From: Candidatus Babeliales bacterium
GTDB lineage: Bacteria; Babelota; Babeliae; Babelales; Vermiphilaceae
Reading direction: 5' to 3'
DNA: 64,000 bases
NCBI GenBank assembly: GCA_963743635.1
Contig: CAVUQO010000003.1
Coordinates: 224,001-288,000, forward strand
The position numbers and the translations under genes were made by a program. Under the pieces are notes generated by a model. It made no database searches. It was given only the letters and a program-made list of their open reading frames with translations, and was not told where the DNA came from. Every line of letters begins with the position of its first letter. The first letter of the stretch is position 1. Shown piece after piece: positions 43,073 to 52,679 of the stretch.

Positions 43073-44080
43073 TTAGAAACGAATACCCATTTGAGCATGC
43101 ACGCCAAGATACCAGCGAGTGAGTTCTGGTAGTGGAACGCCTACGTTATATTCGCAACCGGTGCCGCATGCGCTTCCGAAACGGTTCCAATCAAAGAATG
43201 GTCCGCCTGTAGCGATGAAGTTAACTTTTTCATTGAAGGTTGGAAACCAGGTACAAACGATCTCAACGTGAAGGCCTTGTGTGCGCTTATTGGGCTTGAG
43301 GTTAGTATCACAAAGACCATACTCGAGTGGAAAATAGGAGATGCTGCATGGATTTTTGCATGAATAGTCTGGGCATGTATCTGAACATGTATCTGAACAC
43401 GTATCGTTGCAATCCGTTGAGCATGTGTCTTCGCAATCCATATCAACTTTCAAGCGTGTCCATGCGTCAATACGATAGGTTGCAGTAATGCCAGCCGTAA
43501 AGCATTCGATGACATTTTCATGACAATCAGGGTGCACGTTCCACGTCGCATTAAAACCTACCGGTATGTAAAGATTATTGTATTTATTGGTGAGCGACTC
43601 ATGTTTAAATTCTGTTGAAAGATAATAGAAACCAAGGCCAGTGAAAGGTGTTATGAAATAGTGGTTCTCATGAATGAAAAAGGTGTAACCAAAATCGGTT
43701 TCTGGACGATAATCCTTTATTTGTAAGAAGGTATTTTCAGTATTATTTACGTATCCCGCATTCCACTCACCATCAAATTGTGCGTTGAAGTACCAATGAC
43801 TGGGTCTTGAATGGGTAATATCAAAATGAATACCAGCAAGATAACCTTGCGCATGGGGGAGTTCGCAGCAGTTCGTGATTGGCGCATTACAGCAGTCGAC
43901 GTTGGTGTTGAAATTGTAGCGCGCGAAGTTAAAAAGTGGTCCAACACTGGAGCTCCAGCTTTGCTCTATAAATGCCTTGCTAGCCGCTCCAAGACAATTG
44001 GGTTTATTGATGCTTTTGATCGAAGCCGAATGGCTTGTAGCGATCATGCAAAAAAGTAATAAGTATCTACGCGTATTCAT
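43073..44080 (-). CDS. Cysteine-rich outer-membrane beta-barrel-like protein
   Basis: Signal peptide, amphipathic strands (ITPFTGLGFYYL, YIPVGF), terminal MGIRF, CxxT repeat loop. Confidence 0.7.
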   Translation of the reverse strand: MNTRRYLLLFCMIATSHSASIKSINKPNCLGAASKAFIEQSWSSSVGPLFNFARYNFNTNVDCCNAPITNCCELPHAQGYLAGIHFDITHSRPSHWYFNAQFDGEWNAGYVNNTENTFLQIKDYRPETDFGYTFFIHENHYFITPFTGLGFYYLSTEFKHESLTNKYNNLYIPVGFNATWNVHPDCHENVIECFTAGITATYRIDAWTRLKVDMDCEDTCSTDCNDTCSDTCSDTCPDYSCKNPCSISYFPLEYGLCDTNLKPNKRTQGLHVEIVCTWFPTFNEKVNFIATGGPFFDWNRFGSACGTGCEYNVGVPLPELTRWYLGVHAQMGIRF

Positions 44081-44178
44081 AAGGGTTCCTTTTTTTAGAT
44101 GGTTTGATACATAGATGCATCCTAACATGTGTGAAAAATGGAGCAACAGAAATTCGAAGGCGTCATGCTTTACCCGTT

Positions 44179-44412
44179 ACCCATTCGTGACGCTCTTCGC
44201 CGCGTTTCACTCGGCTCAAAGCCCTCAGGGCGAACGGGCTTAGCAGATTTTTTGTTGCGTGAAGAATCAAAATTATTCGAATTTTTGGATAAGCTCTAAA
44301 ATGAGATATTTTAATAATGCAAGATCGATGTGAGAAAAATAAAAAATAATAAAGAAGAAACTATCATCCCCGTTCGCCCTGAGGACGGAGCGAAGCGAGG
44401 TATCGAATGGGT
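44179..44412. repeat. Inverted pair of family-A elements
   Basis: ACCCATTCG...CCTCAGGGCGAACGGG ... CCCGTTCGCCCTGAGG...CGAATGGGT. Confidence 0.85.
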
Positions 44413-44452
44413 GTTTAAGGTTGCAGGAAATTATTTGAGAGGATGCGATAAC

Positions 44453-45328
44453 ATGGCACAACTAACGCGAATATATTGTTGGGTAAATCTTTTTTTTACG
44501 GTGAGTTCGATGAATGCGATTAATGAATTTGAATTATTTAAAGCCCTGGATATTAAAAAGATACAACCCTTTAGCTACGATTTAGGTATCGAAGTAGTTG
44601 CCAATAAACATCCAACAGCGGGTGTTACGATTTGTTGTCATGGCTATGGGAGCAGTAGTCATATCGCTGAGATTGTGGATTCATTTAAGGCCATTCCTGA
44701 TCATTTGGTTGGCTTTAATTTTCCCGATTATGATTTGATGCATCGGCCGTATGATCCGCGTAAAAGTACGTTCGGTTCGATTTATGAATTATTGCCACTC
44801 CTTTATATCATCAAACGCTGTGTCTGCGATGCGGGCCTAACGGAGATCAATCTTTACGGTTTTTCTGCAGGCGGTGCGGCCGTGATTAATACTCTTGCAG
44901 TCCTTAACGAAACAACCTACGATGCGCAGCTTGCTGATATAGGTGTTACCCTTGAGGATAAAAAGCGCATAATCGCTGCAATAGAAAAAGGATTGATCGT
45001 TCTTGATTGTCCGATGAAATCGGTGGAAGAAATTATTGATATGCGTGGAAGGGCAGCGGAATTTATGGCATTAGTCGAACGCTATCGCGCGAATAACATG
45101 CGTCCGATTGACGCGGTTCAGCGATTAAAGGGATTGAAATTACACATTCTGCTGCATTTCCAACAACCGGATGAAATTATTGGCAATCGCGATGACCAAC
45201 TCTTTATTGAGCGCGTGCGCGCTGCAAATAGTGGCACCACGCAGGTAGTGATAGGCAATGAGGGTGGACATAATAGTTATCATGCATCATTGTGGCGTGC
45301 ATATAAGAAGATGCGTGGTAAGAAATGA
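44453..45328 (+). CDS. Alpha/beta hydrolase fold protein
   Basis: CHGYG oxyanion motif, GFSAGG nucleophile elbow, D and GGH near the C-terminus. Confidence 0.8.
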   Translation: MAQLTRIYCWVNLFFTVSSMNAINEFELFKALDIKKIQPFSYDLGIEVVANKHPTAGVTICCHGYGSSSHIAEIVDSFKAIPDHLVGFNFPDYDLMHRPYDPRKSTFGSIYELLPLLYIIKRCVCDAGLTEINLYGFSAGGAAVINTLAVLNETTYDAQLADIGVTLEDKKRIIAAIEKGLIVLDCPMKSVEEIIDMRGRAAEFMALVERYRANNMRPIDAVQRLKGLKLHILLHFQQPDEIIGNRDDQLFIERVRAANSGTTQVVIGNEGGHNSYHASLWRAYKKMRGKK

Positions 45329-45336
45329 AAAGAGGA

Positions 45337-46032
45337 CTAAGTAAATTTCTCTAGATCGAGACGCATAGAAGGTTGATCGTCAACACTAAGCTTAATAAAA
45401 CCAAGGCGTTGATAAAAAGGTATTGCCTGGCAAACACTTTCTACATGAAGGTGCGTTATTTTTTCTTCTTTTGCCTGATTAATGAACCGCCGCATGCAGA
45501 GAGTTCCAAGCCCTTGATTGCGCATAGATTCGTGTATATTAAAAGTCAGCACGCTACGGGATCCATTACATGGATCATTGGTATACGCTATTTGCCCAAT
45601 AATATTTCCTTGATATAAGCAATTTTGATCTGCATTTAATGCGCTATAGGAACCCAAAGAAAGCTCATCAGGTCTTATCGTTGATGGGCATGTTGCACGT
45701 GTCGAAGGTTTATCGATATCGATGCTGTAACCTTCGGTAATAAATTGGTTGCGAAAATGCTCCGTCAAATAATCTTCGAGGACTGAATTTGATTTTTTTA
45801 AGGTAATACTAAAGACCATGTCGTCTAGGATTGTAAAGTATCCGATAACAGCCCCTTGATAGTATATTTCTCGCATATATTCGCTTGCTGTTGGTTTGCT
45901 TAAAACCACTTCACTCGGATCAATAGCAATTTGATCAGCTTTACGTTTCTTTGAGTTATCTTGCTCCATCCCATGCGCAATGCTGCTCGCGAGTGCAAAG
46001 AGTACGCATAAAATAGTTTTTAGATTGTTCAT
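45337..46032 (-). CDS. Secreted GNAT acetyltransferase with KKRK basic patch
   Basis: FNIHESMRNQGLGT, AIPFYQRLGF. Confidence 0.85.
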   Translation of the reverse strand: MNNLKTILCVLFALASSIAHGMEQDNSKKRKADQIAIDPSEVVLSKPTASEYMREIYYQGAVIGYFTILDDMVFSITLKKSNSVLEDYLTEHFRNQFITEGYSIDIDKPSTRATCPSTIRPDELSLGSYSALNADQNCLYQGNIIGQIAYTNDPCNGSRSVLTFNIHESMRNQGLGTLCMRRFINQAKEEKITHLHVESVCQAIPFYQRLGFIKLSVDDQPSMRLDLEKFT

Positions 46033-46056
46033 CGAATTACTTCCAAATTTGATTTT

Positions 46057-46509
46057 TCACTTATTAAAAATTTTCTTTTGCATGTAAGGGCTGTAGTATG
46101 CAGGTCTCCTAAACCCTAATCTAGTATAAAGACTTTCGGCCCTAGGCATTGAGCTGAGGCTTACCACATTAACCTGATCTTTCTTTGCATCATTTAAGAA
46201 TAGCTTCATGCACAGCGTGCCAATGCCGCATCCCCTCAGATGTGCATGTATTGTGAAATTTTCTATAAAACGTTCTAATCCGTTGTCGTTACGAGAATCT
46301 GAGTACTGTATATAGCCGATAATCTTATCATCTGTGATGATGTCTCGCTTATACTCATAGAGCCCCATATGATCATCGGAGTAGCTTTCTCCCAAACGAC
46401 AGGTTGTATAAGGTTTGGTATTGGCATCAGATGGTGTATTCATTCCATATGATGATACTCCCATAAGGGCACATAAAAGAGCGAAAATAGCTGTTTTTAG
46501 ATTCTTCAT
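46057..46509 (-). CDS. Secreted GNAT acetyltransferase (paralog)
   Basis: FTIHAHLRGCGIGTLCM, A..LYTRLGF. Confidence 0.85.
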   Translation of the reverse strand: MKNLKTAIFALLCALMGVSSYGMNTPSDANTKPYTTCRLGESYSDDHMGLYEYKRDIITDDKIIGYIQYSDSRNDNGLERFIENFTIHAHLRGCGIGTLCMKLFLNDAKKDQVNVVSLSSMPRAESLYTRLGFRRPAYYSPYMQKKIFNK

Positions 46510-46760
46510 AGAAATGTCTCCCCTAATTGGCTTCTAATATTTTCTATTATTACTAATAGAATACCACATTGGGGGTATTTTTGCAACAGGGGCGCTGCAG
46601 GCTTGGGCAGGGGTGATAAAGCTGTAAATAATCTAATTTCTTGGCTATTTTAGGCCAAAATATGCCCAAAATTTGATTCAGGATGAATTTTAAGGCCCTT
46701 GCCTATAAGTTCTGCCTTGAAAGGTATTAGGCAAGGGAGTTAATAGATTAGCTGGAGAGC

Positions 46761-47003
46761 CTACTTTTTGAATATGCGGGACCAAAAGCCGCCTTTATCA
46801 GCCGATAGGCGGCAGGCCCACCAGAGAAGGGCAATGGTGACGAGCCCATTAAAAATGATGCAACCAGTCAGGTAAGCGGGAGTGACTTCTATCGAAAAGA
46901 TAGTTATCGGTAACATGCCCGAAAACATGAACATGATTTGAGCAAGGGTATGAAAAGCTTCAGCGCCAGCGAGGAAGATGATGGTGTCTCGTTTTGAACA
47001 CAT
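46761..47003 (-). CDS. Small two-TM membrane protein
   Basis: IIFLAGAEAFHT...FSG.LP...N.L.T.AL.WWA shared with 47509..47709. Confidence 0.75.
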   Translation of the reverse strand: MCSKRDTIIFLAGAEAFHTLAQIMFMFSGMLPITIFSIEVTPAYLTGCIIFNGLVTIALLWWACRLSADKGGFWSRIFKK

Positions 47004-47026
47004 AGTGATCCTTTATTGGTAATAAT

Positions 47027-47428
47027 CTAACACTTAGAATTATAGGAAGATGCAAGGGCGGTAATAATAGTAGTTATTACCGTTACTGCTGTGGCAATAT
47101 AAGCAGTATTTTTCTTGCTAACACGGCTTGTTATTTCTCCATTTTTTTCTTCAATCACATTATTCATGGCTTGTACAAGAAGTTGAGTCATATCTGCTGA
47201 TCCAATTGATTCAATGTCGCCGCCAGCATCACGAATTTGCTTGGCAAGATGAGGAACTAAATTAGGATGAATAGCATGTGATAACGTTTTAGCGCATACT
47301 GCTGCATCTGATAATACTGTTGCACATGCTGCTGCATCATTTTCTAAACTAACAGGAGTGATTTGCTTATTCTGCATTGCGTGAATGCTGGTAACACTGA
47401 ATAATAATAGTAGATATTTACTGTTCAT
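47027..47428 (-). CDS. Secreted hypothetical protein with C-terminal TM helix
   Basis: Signal peptide IHA|M; hydrophobic C-terminus. Confidence 0.7.
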   Translation of the reverse strand: MNSKYLLLLFSVTSIHAMQNKQITPVSLENDAAACATVLSDAAVCAKTLSHAIHPNLVPHLAKQIRDAGGDIESIGSADMTQLLVQAMNNVIEEKNGEITSRVSKKNTAYIATAVTVITTIITALASSYNSKC

Positions 47429-47508
47429 AGAGCCTCTTTATGGTAACGATATACGATATATTTCGTATGCGCTTGCCGCGCCACTCGCCTCGGCGGCCGG
47501 CGGGGTAT

Positions 47509-47709
47509 TTACAGAGTTGATGCCCACCATATAAGGGCAACAGTACTGAGTGCATTAATGATGACCGCGATCAGATTGAAAAATGGAGTAAAATTTATAC
47601 CCCATACTTTCATTGGTAAGGTGCCAGAAAACATGAAAGCTAGGTGCGTGAAGGTATGAAATGCTTGAGCGCCGGCACAAAAGATAATGATTTCGCGTAG
47701 TGAGTACAT
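47509..47709 (-). CDS. Small two-TM membrane protein (paralog of 46761..47003)
   Basis: Paralogy; identical upstream TAAAGGATCACT-ATG. Confidence 0.75.
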   Translation of the reverse strand: MYSLREIIIFCAGAQAFHTFTHLAFMFSGTLPMKVWGINFTPFFNLIAVIINALSTVALIWWASTL

Positions 47710-47734
47710 AGTGATCCTTTATTTTGATAAAGAG

Positions 47735-47765
47735 AAACGGGCAATTCTTGCGAACTGCCCGTTTT
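47735..47765. terminator. Probable terminator
   Basis: AAACGGGCA...TGCCCGTTT. Confidence 0.65.
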
Positions 47766-47779
47766 GGTTTTACAGAATT

Positions 47780-47989
47780 TTATTTTTTCTTTTTGCGGAG
47801 CATTGGTAAACCAGTACGTTTGTTTTCAAATACTTCGTAACCAGCAGGAAGTTCATCGATTGCAGTTTTCTTGTCAATGTCTCCAGCGAAATAGTAAATT
47901 CTTTGCTTGCGATCGCCAGCAAGTTTCACTTCTTTTGAGTGAAGGTGGTACGTTTTACCACTCTTTTTTGATTTGGTACTGTATGCCAT
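47780..47989 (-). CDS. Small basic hypothetical protein
   Basis: AAAGGAG SD, own terminator, plausible folded 69-aa sequence (GKTYHLH...IYYF...LPAGYEV.EN.RTGLP.L). Confidence 0.8.
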   Translation of the reverse strand: MAYSTKSKKSGKTYHLHSKEVKLAGDRKQRIYYFAGDIDKKTAIDELPAGYEVFENKRTGLPMLRKKKK

Positions 47990-48165
47990 GGGTGTGAGCT
48001 CCTTTGTAATAGAGTATTGTTAGGGTTTTTTTACCTGGGTATCATCAGAGCAAAATTAGAAGTCACGCGTCAACAAAAAAAAGAAACAAATTGGCAAGAT
48101 ATGTTCATTCCGCTAACCTTTGATCTAAGACTTAAGATTTTTAGATCAAATTTTATGGAGCTTGG

Positions 48166-48375
48166 ATGGTTGATTCATCAAAAAGTTTAGGGACATTACT
48201 CGTCATCATCGGAACCACACTCTTTTTTATCGTATGTGATCTTTTTATTTGGCGATTACTGTTGGCGCTCGGCGCACTCTATCTGGTTGCCTATGGATTA
48301 CGCTTGCGTCTTGGCATACCATTTCCTACGCCTCTTGATATTTGGATGGGCAAATTCTGGAATTCATCTGACTAA
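48166..48375 (+). CDS. Small membrane protein
   Basis: GGAG SD; two hydrophobic segments. Confidence 0.6.
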   Translation: MVDSSKSLGTLLVIIGTTLFFIVCDLFIWRLLLALGALYLVAYGLRLRLGIPFPTPLDIWMGKFWNSSD

Positions 48376-48376
48376 T

Positions 48377-48507
48377 CCTTCCGTTTCGTAGCTCCTTTAG
48401 GAGCGTAGTAGAATCGGCAAACTACGCCGGACGCAGTCGTGACGGCTCCTTCGTCAAGCTCAGGATAAACCGTTCATGGTGAGCATAGTCGAACCACTCA
48501 GGATGAA
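48377..48507. repeat. Composite REP-like cluster (family A forward and reverse, family B fragment)
   Basis: CTACGCCGGAC; CCTTCGTCAAGCTCAGGATAAAC; CCGTTCATGGTGAGCATAGTCGAACC; ACTCAGGATGAA. Confidence 0.7.
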
Positions 48508-48628
48508 ATGAATAATTAATAAGATATAGATGAGTGGAACTCATTTTCTTGTTTTTCCGTGATCTTATTCGATATGATCACGTCCAATGCATGGTAAAAA
48601 GCAGATCACTACAAATAAAGGAATTTCT

Positions 48629-49306
48629 ATGGATGAAAATCCGAACAAAAAAAAGTCGCTCTTAGGCGATGCGCTCTTATTCGCCTTTAACGGCATTTTC
48701 GAAAATATTCTCTCGTGGCTTTGGATGTGGCTGAGCTTCTTTGGGTTTGCTCTTTTGGGATTGGTAGGGTTAGTTATCACCTTTGTTGGGCTTAAGATTA
48801 TTATCGGTATGATGGCGCCTGGTTTGGAATCGGTACGAGTTAGTCCCGGATTTTTCATTTTGGGCTATTCACTTGTGTTCATTATCGCCATGACCTACAT
48901 ATTCGGCTTGAGTTTGGCTTTCATGCGCACGCTTATTCAATTTTATGATACGCATGTCGTGAAATTCAGACCGGTATGGAGCGTATTTAAAGTATTTTCT
49001 TTTTTTATTATGAAGATTGTGCTGTGGTTGCTCATTGGGCTTGGTTTGATTGCTTTTATCATTCCGGGTATTCTGGTGTATCTTCGTTCCATGTTTGCCG
49101 TATATTTTCTGGTTGATAAAGATTTGGGGCCCTTTGCCTCAATACAAGCAAGCTGGGATTTGACGCGCGGTAAATACAATCTTCTTCTTGGACTGGCAAT
49201 TATTACCTTCCTGATTGGGTTCATACCGATTATTGGTTGGCTTGGCGCTGGCCTTATAACGGTGTATGCGTATCGCGCGTTGGAAAAAGAATCGCGGTTA
49301 TTATAA
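48629..49306 (+). CDS. Integral membrane protein (DUF975/YciC-like)
   Basis: IIPGI...FAVYFLVD..LGP..SI..SW.LTRG. Confidence 0.75.
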   Translation: MDENPNKKKSLLGDALLFAFNGIFENILSWLWMWLSFFGFALLGLVGLVITFVGLKIIIGMMAPGLESVRVSPGFFILGYSLVFIIAMTYIFGLSLAFMRTLIQFYDTHVVKFRPVWSVFKVFSFFIMKIVLWLLIGLGLIAFIIPGILVYLRSMFAVYFLVDKDLGPFASIQASWDLTRGKYNLLLGLAIITFLIGFIPIIGWLGAGLITVYAYRALEKESRLL

Positions 49307-51370
49307 TTCTGTGTCAGATGAACGGCGCTTGCTCTGATAATTGCGCTGGAATTTCTTCACAATCTCATCGTGATTCAGTAACCAACTCGTCGGCCTGCCA
49401 TGAGGGCAAGTGGAGCGGTTTTCGGTTTTAGCAAGATCGGAAAGCAATTTTTGAATTTGTTCAGATGAAAGATCATCACCGGCTTTGACGGCAGCAGCGC
49501 AGGCCATTTTGGCGTGAATCTTTTCTTGGAGTTGTTTTTTTACCATTTCGTGTGATGCAGATTCTTGCTCATGCAGGTTTGCGATCATCTCATCAATCAG
49601 ATCTTTAAATGATGCATTCTTCAGATACACCGGCGTTGCACTGATTATTAATTCGCTCTCGCCTTGGCGTTTAATATGGACTCCATTCTCCGATAATACG
49701 CTCAAGTAGGGCTCAATAAGATCAAGCGTATCTCGCTTGAAGCTCAGTACATGCGGAAACATCAGCGTGATGATTGCCGTATCGGTAAAGCGCGTTCTGA
49801 ACTGTTCATATAAGACGCGTTCATGAGCGGCATGCTGATCAATAAAAAGAATGCCATCGAGCCTGCCCTTCGAATCTTCATGCAAAGTAGGGGTAACAAC
49901 CATGATATATGTTTTATCGTATACGCCGAGCACACTGTGGTGTGTTACTTCTTTGGTAACGGCAGATATTTGTTCGTGAAATACATCAGTCCCCGCATCC
50001 TTCGATACGCCCGTAGGGCTACTCAGGACGAGCGGAGGAGGGAGTTTTTGTTCATCTGTTTCTGATTGAAGAGGAGTTTGAGGAGTGGTTCGATTTCCGT
50101 TCATCCTGAGCGAAGTCGAAGGGTCGCCCTGCCTGTCCGACGTAGCCTCGGCGAAGACGGAAGGGTTTCGATCCGTCAGGATCGAAATGTCTCTAATGGG
50201 TGTATCGGGAGAATCAGGAAACGGATCATTAAATGCACGCTCAGGCGCACCGAAATCATACGGTATAAATGATGGGCTTGGTGTGGTTCGTGCGTAGGAT
50301 GCGGCAGGCTTATGAATCATCTCATGAAAGATATTCATTTCCGGTTGATTAAGGTGTACGCGACTTTTCAGCTGCTTGGACAATCGTGATTCAAGCGCTG
50401 CTTTGACTGCCATTTGCACCAAGTCGTCTACGATACGCGGGTGCAAAAATTGCACTTCTTCTTTGCGCGGATGAATATTGACGTCAATCTGCGCGGGATC
50501 GATAGTGATCATAAGCGAGGCGGTTGGAAATTGTGATGCAGGAATTGCATTGGCATATCCCTTCATGAGTGCGCGCGAAAGTGTATAATTCTTTATCCAG
50601 CGGCCATTTACAAAAAAGTAGAGAGCATTGCGATCGTAACGATACGTCGTATGATCGGAAATCATGCCTTCGATGGTAATGCCTCGTTCTTCAGCTGAGC
50701 AGGGAATCATTGCTTGCGCAAGATTTGCATCCCAAAGTTGGGCAGCGCGTGCGAGATGATCGTTTACGGGAGGGCAGTTGAGCACTTGTTTGCCATCATG
50801 ATAAAGCGTGATATGAATATCGCGTCGCGAAAGGGCAACCGCGTGCACGAGTAATAAGATATGGCGCCATTCAGTATCATCAGTTTTGAGGAATTTTTTG
50901 CGCACAGGAACGTTAAAAAGAATATCGCGAATTGCGAGATCGGTGCCTATTGGTGCTGATGCTTTTTCTTGCGATAAGATGCGTGCTTCGCTCAGTTCAA
51001 TCTTGGTAGCCGATTCGGCATCAGCCGTTTTAGTGATGAGCGTTATGTGGCTCACCGATGCAATGCTTGAAAGTGCCTCGCCGCGGAACCCGAACGTATT
51101 AATCGAATGCAGGTCATGAACGGTGCTGATTTTGCTCGTTGCGTGATGCGCAAAACATGCGCGCGCATCGATCTCATCCATCCCACACCCATCATCGACA
51201 ATGCGAATTAATTTCTTGCCCGCTTTTTCAATGTAGAGCGTAATACGCGCAGCACCAGCATCGAGCGCATTTTCAATAAGCTCTTTGACGACGTTAGCCG
51301 GCCGTTCAATGACTTCGCCAGCGGCGATTTTTTGTGCTTCTTCGGGGGATAGTTGTTTTATGCGGGGCAT
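49301..51370 (-). CDS. mutL: DNA mismatch repair endonuclease MutL
   Basis: IAAGEVIERPA, KELIENALDAGA, GFRGEAL, DVNIHP.K, DQHAAHER, AC..AVK, CPHGRP. Confidence 0.98.
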   Translation of the reverse strand: MPRIKQLSPEEAQKIAAGEVIERPANVVKELIENALDAGAARITLYIEKAGKKLIRIVDDGCGMDEIDARACFAHHATSKISTVHDLHSINTFGFRGEALSSIASVSHITLITKTADAESATKIELSEARILSQEKASAPIGTDLAIRDILFNVPVRKKFLKTDDTEWRHILLLVHAVALSRRDIHITLYHDGKQVLNCPPVNDHLARAAQLWDANLAQAMIPCSAEERGITIEGMISDHTTYRYDRNALYFFVNGRWIKNYTLSRALMKGYANAIPASQFPTASLMITIDPAQIDVNIHPRKEEVQFLHPRIVDDLVQMAVKAALESRLSKQLKSRVHLNQPEMNIFHEMIHKPAASYARTTPSPSFIPYDFGAPERAFNDPFPDSPDTPIRDISILTDRNPSVFAEATSDRQGDPSTSLRMNGNRTTPQTPLQSETDEQKLPPPLVLSSPTGVSKDAGTDVFHEQISAVTKEVTHHSVLGVYDKTYIMVVTPTLHEDSKGRLDGILFIDQHAAHERVLYEQFRTRFTDTAIITLMFPHVLSFKRDTLDLIEPYLSVLSENGVHIKRQGESELIISATPVYLKNASFKDLIDEMIANLHEQESASHEMVKKQLQEKIHAKMACAAAVKAGDDLSSEQIQKLLSDLAKTENRSTCPHGRPTSWLLNHDEIVKKFQRNYQSKRRSSDTEL
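49999..50161. repeat. REP-like elements within mutL (A forward 49999-50035, A reverse 50097-50123, B 50131-50161)
   Basis: CCTTCGATACGCCCGTAGGGCTACTCAGGACGAGCGG; CCGTTCATCCTGAGCGAAGTCGAAGGG; GCCTGTCCGACGTAGCCTCGGCGAAGACGGA. Confidence 0.9.
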
Positions 51371-51500
51371 GAGAGGGGTACTGTGAAAGTTGAGTAATAA
51401 GACTCGAAAAGTATATCAGATTGTGAAGTATGTGTATAAAAAAGCGAGTATGCCGCGGATTATTTTTTGGCGTTTGCCTATGATGCTTCTTTGTTGTTTT

Positions 51501-51941
51501 TTATTCGGCAGATCTGCATCCACATAGAGCAGAAGACATGCAATGCAATGTGCGTTCGAGAATAGTTGATGGCGATGATACATGAGCAGGTTGCGTTTGT
51601 TCCCTATGGTTGGCAGGAGGAGTTTGCGTAGGTGGTGCTGGAATAATGGTACTCGATAGAGCCGCTCTAATGGTTAAAAATAGTCGGACTGCCGGGTTAT
51701 ATGGAGGCCTAGGAGCATGTGCTGATTCTTCAGAATCCATTTGGGGCTGATAGACCGCAGTATTTTGAATCTTTAGTGCAGAAAGATGAGGTTGATAAAA
51801 AGGATCTTTATGAGCGTATGGCAGTATTTCCCAGCAGCAATCATACTCGCTCGGATCGCATTGGGTGCTATCGCGTATATCATTCACTCCCATCAACGAG
51901 AGTGATGAGCATGCGATAAGTAGAAATAGCATTTTTTTCAT
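51501..51941 (-). CDS. Secreted Pro-rich hypothetical protein
   Basis: MKKMLFLLIACSSLSLMG signal, similar to that of 52680..53840; AAGGA upstream. Confidence 0.65.
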   Translation of the reverse strand: MKKMLFLLIACSSLSLMGVNDIRDSTQCDPSEYDCCWEILPYAHKDPFYQPHLSALKIQNTAVYQPQMDSEESAHAPRPPYNPAVRLFLTIRAALSSTIIPAPPTQTPPANHREQTQPAHVSSPSTILERTLHCMSSALCGCRSAE

Positions 51942-52055
51942 GGAGTTCCTTATAGTATTTCTTTCTTGAATTGAGCAATAAAACTTCGGCAAGTATACCA
52001 GATCCGAATATTTTTCCATCAAAAAGTTAGTGCGGTTGGTTATGTATAGTGTCGA

Positions 52056-52436
52056 TTATTTCATGATGTTTGGTCTGCAGTCTTGCAATGCTTTGAGTGC
52101 GTGGCGCGTATTGGGGATGCAGTGTGAAGGGCATGAGTTTGCGCAGGTAAGTTCTTCATTGTCCCGAAAATCCTTACTCCAAATGAATTTACCGCAGCAG
52201 AGTCCACCAGAAAGATCATTGATCAGGCATGCTGCTGCAGTTGGTATTGTTGCCATAGTCCAGCAGCAGGTAACGCATGTTTTTGCGGCAATATCGGTGC
52301 ACTGAGTTGCTCGAGGATGTGTATTTGGGTATTGGGAGTGTGTGGAGTGATTATGCAAGGAAGTCATCTGTATTTCCATGCATAAGAGTGGGGGTGTAAA
52401 GAGTCCGGTAATCAGTAAGAATAGCGACTTTTTCAT
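52056..52436 (-). CDS. Secreted small Cys-rich protein
   Basis: Signal peptide; CVTCCW...LCCG...C...C...C. Confidence 0.65.
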   Translation of the reverse strand: MKKSLFLLITGLFTPPLLCMEIQMTSLHNHSTHSQYPNTHPRATQCTDIAAKTCVTCCWTMATIPTAAACLINDLSGGLCCGKFIWSKDFRDNEELTCANSCPSHCIPNTRHALKALQDCRPNIMK

Positions 52437-52508
52437 TCTGAATCCTTTCACTATGAACAATCTGATGCATTGAGCATACTATTCTTGGGTGGATGAATGA
52501 AAATAGAT

Positions 52509-52549
52509 AGAAAGAGCGCGCGGTATTTATTGTACTGCGCGCTCTTTCT
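52509..52549. terminator. Terminator-like hairpin
   Basis: AGAAAGAGCGCGCGGTA...TACTGCGCGCTCTTTCT. Confidence 0.65.
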
Positions 52550-52609
52550 AATAATGGAGAGATTGTGAGATTACTTTGGTCCCGTTCTTTCTTATCATTC
52601 GATAAATTA

Positions 52610-52645
52610 TTCGACTTCGTCCCATAACATCTCACGATGAACGGG
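52610..52645 (+). repeat. Degenerate family-A element
   Basis: TTCGAC...CTCACGATGAACGGG. Confidence 0.55.
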
Positions 52646-52679
52646 TTTTATAGATTCTTATCCTAGCGCGAATTTCGAT

